Source: Clostridia bacterium (GTDB lineage Bacteria > Bacillota > Clostridia > Oscillospirales > Acutalibacteraceae). Taken from it: a stretch of DNA of 32,000 nt. Within the stretch, counting starts at the first letter, position 1; the number at the start of each line of letters is the position of its first letter. The position numbers and the translations under genes are program-made. The stretch covers positions 95,858 to 127,857 of the forward strand of contig JAFQRY010000017.1 of the NCBI GenBank assembly GCA_017409845.1. The letters run 5' to 3'. Positions 26,182 through 32,000 of this stretch are shown here, piece after piece. Below the pieces are notes generated by a model. That model was not told the origin of the DNA and made no database searches. It was given only the letters and a program-made list of their open reading frames with translations.

Positions 26182-26210
26182 TTGCGGACCCTGAATATTA
26201 GGGTCCGCAA
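26182..26210 (+). other. intercistronic stem-loop without U-tract
   Basis: 11-bp stem TTGCGGACCCT / AGGGTCCGCAA with a 7-nt loop, between the transporter stop (26174) and the esterase RBS GGAGAG. Confidence 0.5.
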
Positions 26211-26229
26211 AATATATGGAGAGATAAAC

Positions 26230-26859
26230 ATGAAAACATTTTTGTTTCAGGGTGATTCAATAACAGATGCAAACAGAGATGATGAGGAACAGATCAATTC
26301 CGGCTTAGGCTGCGGATATGCGTTTTTTCTTGCTTCTGAAATTGAAAAGAACAACAAAGATAAAATCAAATTTATCAATCGCGGCAAAAGCGGAGACAGA
26401 ATCACAGATGTTTATGCGAGAATTAAGGAAGATATAATAAATTTAAAACCCGATTATATGTCAATTCTCATAGGTGTCAATGATGTTTCTCACGAACTTA
26501 CTATGAACTGCGGTGTCAGCCCGAAAAAATTCAGAATGATTTATGAGATGCTCATTGATGAAATCAAAGAAAGTCTGCCCGAAATTAAAATTATAATTTT
26601 AGAACCTTTTATCCTAAAAGGTGCCTGCACAGAAAAATTATGGAATGATTTTATTTCAGAAGTAAGAAAAATGGCTGAAATATCAAAGCAGATTGCAGAA
26701 AAATATAATTTTGATTTTGTTCCGCTTCAAAAAAGATTTGATGAATTATCCGCTGACGGTAACACAGGTTATTGGACCGCTGACGGCATTCATCCCACTG
26801 TCGAAGGACATCGTATTATTAAAGAAGAATTACAGAAAGTTATTGAAAAATACATATAA
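26230..26859 (+). CDS. SGNH/GDSL-family hydrolase (esterase)
   Basis: MKTFLFQGDSITD (block I GDS), GVNDV, DGIHPTVEGH (block V DxxH). The ATG at 26230 follows GGAGAG. The track start at 26182 lies inside the stem-loop. Confidence 0.8.
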   Translation: MKTFLFQGDSITDANRDDEEQINSGLGCGYAFFLASEIEKNNKDKIKFINRGKSGDRITDVYARIKEDIINLKPDYMSILIGVNDVSHELTMNCGVSPKKFRMIYEMLIDEIKESLPEIKIIILEPFILKGACTEKLWNDFISEVRKMAEISKQIAEKYNFDFVPLQKRFDELSADGNTGYWTADGIHPTVEGHRIIKEELQKVIEKYI

Positions 26860-26949
26860 ATACTGTGTCCGTAAGATTATCGAAAAAAGCAAAGCCGAAA
26901 AAGAAAGAATATCAAAAATGTGCAATAATTCAGTAAAGGCGGTGGTTGG

Positions 26950-27672
26950 ATGACCGAATCAATCTGGAATGGTTTTAAGCGACTTGATTTTCTGTTTGAG
27001 GGAAGAGAAGCTGTTCTTGTTTTTCCCGAAAAGGCAAATGAAAACAAAAACTGGTTATTAAAAACTGAATATTTCGGTGCTTTTCCGGAATTTGAAATTG
27101 AAATGGTGAAAAAGGGTTGGCATCTTGCCTTTATAAAAAATATTACCCGTTGGTGTCTTGACGAAGACCTTGATTTAAAAAAGCGTTTTGCCGCTTATTT
27201 ATCGGAAGAATACGGCTTATATAAAAAATGCGTTCCCGTCGGCATGAGCTGCGGCGGACTGATAGCAAGCAAATTCGCAGCAAAATATCCGGAATGTGTT
27301 TCAGCTCTTTATCTTGATGCACCGGTAATGAATCTCCTTTCGTGCCCCGCCGGCTTCGGAAAAGCAAATAATGAAATGCTGCCGGAATTTACAGAAGCAA
27401 CCGGCATGGATTTGTCGCAGCTTATCTGCTACAGAGAGCATCCCATTGATAAAATGCAATTGCTTCTGGAAAACAGCATTCCCGTTATACTGGTGTACGG
27501 AGATTCCGATAACATTGTTCCTTACGAAGAAAACGGTGCCGTTCTTGAAAAGTATTATCGGAAAAACGGCGGAATAATCGTTTCCATCGGCAAAGCAAAC
27601 TGTGCACATCATCCCCACGGGCTGGATGACAATACACCTATCATAGAGTTTGTTGAAAAATTTTCCGAATAA
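26950..27672 (+). CDS. alpha/beta-hydrolase-fold esterase
   Basis: 240 aa. Nucleophile elbow GMSCGG; YGDSDNIVP (acid) and CAHHPHG (His) complete a plausible triad. Confidence 0.7.
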   Translation: MTESIWNGFKRLDFLFEGREAVLVFPEKANENKNWLLKTEYFGAFPEFEIEMVKKGWHLAFIKNITRWCLDEDLDLKKRFAAYLSEEYGLYKKCVPVGMSCGGLIASKFAAKYPECVSALYLDAPVMNLLSCPAGFGKANNEMLPEFTEATGMDLSQLICYREHPIDKMQLLLENSIPVILVYGDSDNIVPYEENGAVLEKYYRKNGGIIVSIGKANCAHHPHGLDDNTPIIEFVEKFSE

Positions 27673-27731
27673 TACCGCATTTTACCGATTGAGCACACGG
27701 AATTTTAATGTTTCGTTATAAAAAAACAATT

Positions 27732-27776
27732 AATCCGAAACTTTTACCGATTGGTGAAGTTTTCGGATTGTTTTTG
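27732..27776 (+). terminator. intrinsic terminator after the esterase genes
   Basis: AATCCGAAACTT ... AAGTTTTCGGATT stem (about 12 bp, one bulge) followed by GTTTTTG. Confidence 0.6.
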
Positions 27777-27842
27777 CTTGGTTTATCGTTGTCTTTTTTA
27801 TCATCGGAAGTGGTTTTCAGATACACTTTGCAGTGACTGGAA

Positions 27843-27881
27843 ACATAAGAAAGCCCCACAGAAGTTATTGCTTCTATGGGG
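27843..27881 (-). terminator. intrinsic terminator of the 27889-28380 gene
   Basis: 11-bp stem 27854-27864 / 27871-27881, with one G-U pair that forms only in the minus-strand RNA, followed on the minus strand by CUUUCUUAUGUUU. Confidence 0.55.
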
Positions 27882-27888
27882 TTCAATA

Positions 27889-28380
27889 TCAAATGTTGTT
27901 ATGAAAATAATATAGAATTTGTGCGTCAACATCAAAATAATAAGCAGAATAATTATCAAATTTACCGTATGTTCCTTGACCGATTGGTTCGCCGTCTTTA
28001 GTTTCGATATAAAAGAAATCTCCCTCTGTTACAATGGTTTTATCAAAGTCATAGTTTTCCTTGAGTTCTCCGCCACAAGCTTCAACCCATGCTTCAAAAT
28101 CGATAATATGTAAAAGTATTTCTTCAACATCATCAGCGGTTGTTATTGTAAAATATTCTGAAGATTTAAGATCTTCAATTGTTATGTTGTCATAAATATA
28201 TTCAGCATAATCAGTATAATCCTGAAAACCACCGGAAGTAAAAAATTCTTTGCTTTCATAATCAGGCAAAGAAGAAATTACAGAGTTTTGATGAGAATAT
28301 AAAAATCCCAAAAACATCATAGACACTAATAAACAGATTCCCAAAATAATTGCTGATATAATCAAGCAAACTTTTTTCAT
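27889..28380 (-). CDS. small N-terminally anchored protein of unknown function (AT-rich orphan)
   Basis: 163 aa. TM anchor VCLIISAIILGICLLVSMMFLGFL. AGAGGTGATGAT RBS and a TGTTATAAC extended -10 upstream. Visibly more AT-rich than its neighbours (by eye). Confidence 0.6.
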   Translation of the reverse strand: MKKVCLIISAIILGICLLVSMMFLGFLYSHQNSVISSLPDYESKEFFTSGGFQDYTDYAEYIYDNITIEDLKSSEYFTITTADDVEEILLHIIDFEAWVEACGGELKENYDFDKTIVTEGDFFYIETKDGEPIGQGTYGKFDNYSAYYFDVDAQILYYFHNNI

Positions 28381-28445
28381 ATCATCACCTCTATTGCTAT
28401 GTTATAACAAAATTATTAATTTTCTATTACATATATTTAAATAAA

Positions 28446-28478
28446 TAAAAAAGCCGCAAGAACCTTAGTTCTTACAGC
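28446..28478 (-). terminator. intrinsic terminator directly after copy B of the 106-nt element
   Basis: 11-bp stem 28453-28463 / 28468-28478 containing two positions that pair (G-U) only in the minus-strand RNA, followed by UUUUUUAUUUAUUU on the minus strand. Confidence 0.65.
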
Positions 28479-28481
28479 TTC

Positions 28482-28587
28482 TGGCGGAGAGTCAGGGATT
28501 CGATTCGCGCCGCTGCGGCGGCTTGGTCGCTCGCGGTCACAACAGTCCACCGGACTGTTGCTCTGTACCGCTCGTCCTTCGAATCCC
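28482..28587 (-). repeat. 106-nt conserved element, copy B; 3' end identical in layout to a tRNA-Ser 3' end
   Basis: See copy A. The minus strand ends UCGAAU-CCCUG-ACUCUCC-G-CCA (GGAGAGU-type acceptor complement, discriminator G, as in Firmicute tRNA-Ser). No T-stem 5' strand, D arm, anticodon arm or 5' acceptor strand exists upstream. Confidence 0.6.
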
Positions 28588-28596
28588 ATTTATCAC

Positions 28597-28637
28597 AAAA
28601 AAACAAAAAAAGAAGCAATTTCTTCGAAATCACTTCT
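28597..28637 (-). terminator. intrinsic terminator after the tRNA-Arg fragment
   Basis: 12-bp stem 28611-28622 / 28626-28637 with two G-U pairs that form only in the minus-strand RNA, followed by UUUUUUGUUUUUUUG. Confidence 0.6.
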
Positions 28638-28642
28638 TTTTA

Positions 28643-28687
28643 TGGCGCGCTGCAAGGGATTCGAACCCCTGACCTTTTGGTTCGTAG
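28643..28687 (-). pseudogene. 3' half of a tRNA-Arg(ACG) gene (anticodon loop to CCA); 5' half absent
   Basis: The minus strand reads CUACGAA-CCAAA-AGGUC-AGGGG-UUCGAAU-CCCUU-GCAGCGC-G-CCA. That is anticodon loop, anticodon-stem 3' strand, variable loop, complete T arm, acceptor 3' strand, discriminator and CCA. Upstream sequence (28688 onward) cannot form the anticodon-stem 5' strand, D arm or acceptor 5' strand. Confidence 0.7.
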
Positions 28688-29114
28688 CGGCATACGCTAT
28701 GTGGAACGATGTTCCGTTTCGTGGTAACTTGCAGAATTTTGTGCCATAAGGTCAATTTCAGCAACCAAAAGGCCAATTTCTGCAAGTGTTGATATGCTTG
28801 GATTCATGCAAAAACTCATTTTTCGTCCGTTTGTTAGAATTTTGTTAGAACAAACAATGCCGTCCTTTTGGCGCAGGATTTCCTGCAGAATGTAATTTAT
28901 TAGGAAAAGTCAGTCTTTTTGACGGCCTTTTTTCTGTTCTGAATGATAATAACAAGCTGTTATCCAGATATAACCGATAATTCCTGCTGTTGCAAATGGA
29001 AATTTGTTTTGACCGATTAATAAAATATTTTATAAAATAATGCACCGTATTACTTTGTTAAAAGTGCAAAACTTTAAAGCGATAAAGCAAATAATTTTTT
29101 GTGAAATTTTGCAA

Positions 29115-29143
29115 TTGACGGCAGTTTTTCACGGTGCTATAAT
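29115..29143 (+). promoter_or_regulatory. sigma-A promoter of the ilvA-ridA-leuA leader
   Basis: TTGACG (29115-29120), 17-nt spacer, TATAAT (29138-29143). Confidence 0.7.
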
Positions 29144-29170
29144 GACAACAATTCAATAACTCATAAACGC

Positions 29171-29365
29171 AATGACGAGGAGCGGCAGATCAATCCCGCA
29201 TCAGAGAGCCGATGGTTGGTGTGAATCGGCGGACGGATTTATCAAGGCTAAATCACCTCAGAGCGGCGAGCCTGAAAGAATTTTTGAGTAAGGCAGACGG
29301 AGCCCGACCGTTACAGCGGGGAGCGATGTTAGTCGTGTTTTTTGTAGTTTACTACCATAAAAGCT
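29171..29365 (+). promoter_or_regulatory. T-box leader unit 1: Stem I/II/IIA-B only, probable Ile (AUC) specifier, degenerate T-box sequence
   Basis: AUGACGAGGA K-turn strand; AGAGAG bulge (29203-29208) and GGUGUGA distal loop (29218-29224); AUC-A directly before the CCUC stem strand (29252-29259); F-box CCGUUA (29308-29313). The T-box position reads AGUUUACUACCAUAA, with no UGGN bulge and no clear terminator. Confidence 0.55.
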
Positions 29366-29653
29366 ATGACGAGGAATAAGCGGTTTGTACCTGCTTCAGA
29401 GAGTTGACGGATGGTGCGAGTCAACGGAAGGTCTTATTTGCGAGCTCTCCTCCGAGCAGCCTACCCGAACCAATCTTTTGATACATAGGGAGGACGGAGC
29501 CTGACCGTTACAGCAGGGCGCGATGTTGGTCGCAGTGAGTGGTCGCCTTTCGGGGCGGCAAGAAGAGTGGTACCGCAAGATTTTTAATTATTTTGTATTA
29601 GAAATCCTGTCTCTTTACTATTTATTAGTTCAGAGGCAGGATTTTTTGTTTTT
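29366..29653 (+). promoter_or_regulatory. T-box riboswitch unit 2: complete, probable Leu (CUC) specifier, with antiterminator and terminator
   Basis: AUGACGAGGA; AGAGAG (29398-29403); GGUGCGA (29413-29419); CUC at 29445-29447 before CCUC; F-box (29505-29510). T-box AGAGUGGUACCGCAAG (29564-29579) has a UGGU bulge. Terminator stem 29602-29613 / 29633-29644 plus a U-tract; its 5' strand can alternatively pair with the T-box sequence. Confidence 0.75.
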
Positions 29654-29788
29654 CTGACTGCCGATAAAGGCGACGGAAACGCCTTTTCCCCTTCGACGTA
29701 TCCGCATACGTCCTCAGGTGAAAAAACGCCCCCGTCATCCTTTCTCAACAGCCATAATTATAATTTGTACGGATTGGAGTGTAGTGAA

Positions 29789-30985
29789 ATGTTGACGCTT
29801 GACAAGATTTTTGAAGCACAGGTGGTGCTCAAGGACATTATAAGAGCAACAAAGGTTGTTCCCTCAAACGGAATTGCGGCGGATTGCCGACTATATCTGA
29901 AACCCGAAAACCTACAGAAAACAGGCTCTTTCAAGCTGCGAGGCTCAGGCTATAAAATAGCTACACTTTCCGATGAGGAAAAGGCAAGAGGAGTTATAGC
30001 CTGCTCGGCAGGAAATCACGCTCAGGGCGTTGCTCTTGCGGCATCGAAGCACGGGATCAAATCTCTGATTTGCCTGCCCGACAGTGCTCCGATTTCAAAG
30101 GTTGAAGCAACAAAAGGCTACGGCGCAGACGTTTGCCTTGTCAACGGTTGCTATGACGACGCTTATGCAAAGGCACTTCAGCTGAAGGATGAAATGGGTT
30201 ACACCTTTGTTCATCCGTTTGATGACGAAGCGGTGATTGCAGGACAGGGAACAATCGGTCTTGAAATTGCAAGCGACCTTGATGACGTTGATGCGGTTAT
30301 CGTTCCGATTGGCGGCGGCGGTCTTATTTCGGGTGTTGCTTATGCACTAAAATCAATCAGACCCTCAATCAAGGTTTACGGCGTTCAGGCGGCAGGCGCT
30401 CCGAGTATGTTCAACTCGCTGAAAAGCGGAAATATTGAGTGCCTTGATTCCGTTTCCACAATCGCAGACGGTATTGCCGTCAAACAACCCGGTGAACACA
30501 CCTTTGAGTTAATCAACAAGTATGTTGATGATATCGCACTTGTAACAGAGGATGAAATCGCAGGCGCAATTCTTGAACTTATCGAAAAGCAGAAAATGAT
30601 TGCCGAAGGTGCGGGAGCTGTTTCCGTTGCGGCGGCAATGTTCAATAAATTTCCGATTCAAGGGAAGAAGGTTGTAAGCCTTGTTTCGGGCGGAAACATA
30701 GATGTTACAAGCCTTTCAAGAGTTATCAAACGAGGCCTTATCAAATCGGGCAGGACTTCAAGTATGCTCATTGAACTGATTGATAAACCCGGTCAGCTTA
30801 AGGATGTTTCAAGAATTATCGCAGACTGCGGCGGAAACGTTACCGGCGTTCATCACGAGCGTGCAGGCAGCACGGAGAGCGTGAACGGCTGTTATCTGCG
30901 AATCACAATGGAAACCCGTAATTATGACCACGTTCTTGAAATCAAAGAAGCACTTAAAGCAGAAGGCTTCAAAATAGTAGAATAA
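29789..30985 (+). CDS. ilvA: threonine ammonia-lyase (threonine dehydratase) with C-terminal ACT-like domain
   Basis: PLP-lysine motif QKTGSFKLRG; GNHAQG; GGGGLISG; a C-terminal regulatory domain of about 80 aa. The ATG at 29789, 9 nt after GGAG, is preferred over the TTG at 29765. Confidence 0.9.
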   Translation: MLTLDKIFEAQVVLKDIIRATKVVPSNGIAADCRLYLKPENLQKTGSFKLRGSGYKIATLSDEEKARGVIACSAGNHAQGVALAASKHGIKSLICLPDSAPISKVEATKGYGADVCLVNGCYDDAYAKALQLKDEMGYTFVHPFDDEAVIAGQGTIGLEIASDLDDVDAVIVPIGGGGLISGVAYALKSIRPSIKVYGVQAAGAPSMFNSLKSGNIECLDSVSTIADGIAVKQPGEHTFELINKYVDDIALVTEDEIAGAILELIEKQKMIAEGAGAVSVAAAMFNKFPIQGKKVVSLVSGGNIDVTSLSRVIKRGLIKSGRTSSMLIELIDKPGQLKDVSRIIADCGGNVTGVHHERAGSTESVNGCYLRITMETRNYDHVLEIKEALKAEGFKIVE

Positions 30986-30996
30986 GGAGAATTATT

Positions 30997-31374
30997 ATGA
31001 ATACTGTATATACAAAAAACGCACCCGACGCAATCGGACCGTATTCGCAGGCAATTGTTACAAACGGATTTGTTTTCACATCGGGTCAGATAGCCATTAA
31101 CCCCGAAAGCGGTGCGGTTGAAGCACAAACAATTACAGAGCAGACCGAGCAGGTTTGTAAAAACATAAAAGCTGTTCTTGAAGCGGCGGGCAGCAGCCTT
31201 GAAAATGTTGTTAAAACGGTTTGTTTCCTTAAGGATATGAGTGATTTTGCCGCATTCAACGAGGTTTACGGCAGATATTTCACGGGCAAGCCTGCACGCT
31301 CATGCGTTGCAGTTAAAGAGCTTCCGAAAAACGTGCTTGTTGAAATTGATACCGTTGCGGAGGTATCGGAATGA
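30997..31374 (+). CDS. ridA: RidA/YjgF-family reactive enamine/imine deaminase
   Basis: 125 aa. APDAIGPYSQAI....VFTSGQI and ARSCVAV..LP....VEID are RidA family signatures. Confidence 0.9.
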   Translation: MNTVYTKNAPDAIGPYSQAIVTNGFVFTSGQIAINPESGAVEAQTITEQTEQVCKNIKAVLEAAGSSLENVVKTVCFLKDMSDFAAFNEVYGRYFTGKPARSCVAVKELPKNVLVEIDTVAEVSE

Positions 31375-32000
31375 TGGATTCAACCAAATACCGAGTGGGA
31401 TATTATCCCGTAGAAAAAAGATATAACAAATGGGTCAACAAAGACCATATCGAAAAAGCTCCGCAATGGTGCAGCGTTGATATGCGTGACGGAAATCAGA
31501 GCCTTGTTATTCCGATGAGCCTTGAGGAAAAGCTTGAATTTTACAAACTTTTGCTTGAGGTCGGATTTAAAGAAATCGAGGTCGGATTCCCTGCTGCATC
31601 GGAAACGGAATATGAATTCCTCCGTACTCTTATTGATAACAATATGATTCCCGACGATGTAACCGTGCAGGTGCTCACCCAATGCAGAGAGCATATTATC
31701 AGAAAAACCTTTGATGCCTGCAAGGGTGCGCCGAGTGCGATAATTCATTTTTACAATTCCGTCAGCGTTGCCCAGCGTGAGCAGGTTTTCGGCAAATCCA
31801 AAGAAGAAATCAAGAAAATTGCCGTTGACGGTGCAAAGCTTGTGAAAAAACTCGCAAGCGAATACGAAGGCAATTTCAGATTTGAATATTCGCCCGAAAG
31901 CTTCACGGGAACCGAACCCGAATATGCTCTTGAGGTTTGCAATGCCGTTCTCGATGTGCTTGAGCCGAGCGAAACAAATAACGTTATCATAAATCTTCCC
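31371..32000 (+). CDS. leuA: 2-isopropylmalate synthase (long LeuA type), partial; continues beyond window end
   Basis: Absent from the ORF track (no stop within the window). Manual translation gives MMDSTKYRVGYYPVEKRYNKWVNKDHIEKAPQWCSVDMRDGNQSL..EEKLEFYKLLLEVGFKEIEVGFPAAS..E. The DMRDGNQ and EVGFP motifs identify LeuA. ATGA overlap with the ridA stop. Confidence 0.85.
   Translation, partial: MMDSTKYRVGYYPVEKRYNKWVNKDHIEKAPQWCSVDMRDGNQSLVIPMSLEEKLEFYKLLLEVGFKEIEVGFPAASETEYEFLRTLIDNNMIPDDVTVQVLTQCREHIIRKTFDACKGAPSAIIHFYNSVSVAQREQVFGKSKEEIKKIAVDGAKLVKKLASEYEGNFRFEYSPESFTGTEPEYALEVCNAVLDVLEPSETNNVIINLP

Noticed and set aside
28482-28687. Intact tRNA genes (Ser, Arg)
   Set aside because: I tried to fold both as cloverleaves. 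The Arg piece lacks everything 5' of the anticodon loop. The Ser-like piece has only the last 22 nt, and no complementary 5' acceptor strand (GGAGAGU or GCGCUGC) occurs upstream. They are called fragments, not tRNAs.
28697-28819. ~40-codon minus-strand ORF (MSFCMNPSISTLAEIGLLVAEIDLMAQNSASYHETEHRST) next to the tRNA-Arg fragment
   Set aside because: It has a weak RBS, no recognisable domain (not an integrase or excisionase motif), and it runs into the tRNA fragment. It is more likely non-coding island debris.
28845-29045. 66-aa minus-strand ORF in the track
   Set aside because: The product is AT-rich and low-complexity (MHYFIKYFINRSKQ...), there is no RBS, and it lies in the intergenic region upstream of the T-box promoter.
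1-32000. CRISPR arrays, rRNA, transposases, integrases, toxin-antitoxin or known defence genes
   Set aside because: I found no regularly spaced direct repeats and no rRNA-like conserved stretches. No ORF carries DDE, tyrosine- or serine-recombinase, or typical defence-system motifs that I could recognise by eye.

Overview
This 32-kb window looks like a mid/low-GC Firmicute, probably Clostridia (inferred from the T-box leader, a BlaI/BlaR1-type pair with a BspA-like LRR domain, strong GGAGG-type RBSs and hairpin plus U-tract terminators). Most of it is ordinary carbohydrate and amino-acid metabolism. There is a minus-strand operon SIS-GH84-YkgJ-CapA (1-3511). A long plus-strand operon follows: malQ, a YnbB-like PLP enzyme, DUF2461, a phosphohexomutase and three tandem EEP-family paralogs (3645-11158). 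Further features are a GH36 alpha-galactosidase, two zinc-ribbon membrane proteins, and a BlaI/BlaR1-like pair whose sensor domain is a large LRR. An AraC/GPH-transporter/esterase block comes next, then a tandem T-box leader in front of ilvA-ridA-leuA. I found no intact tRNA or rRNA, no CRISPR array, and no recognisable integrase, transposase or defence gene. The least explained signals are all non-coding. (i) A 106-nt element occurs twice (20106-20211 and 28482-28587, 62/66 identity in the core), and its minus-strand 3' end mimics a tRNA 3' end. The second copy sits beside a tRNA-Arg 3' half, and the two copies bracket an 8.3-kb accessory block. (ii) An AT-rich ORF-free 650-bp region (16.35-17.0 kb) has overlapping divergent promoters and strand-specific terminators, suggesting two small RNAs. 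(iii) The T-box leader has two specifier domains (apparently Ile AUC and Leu CUC) but only one antiterminator. (iv) A 300-bp REP/MITE-like hairpin cluster lies at 11.2-11.5 kb. All family assignments come from motif recognition by eye; no searches were run.
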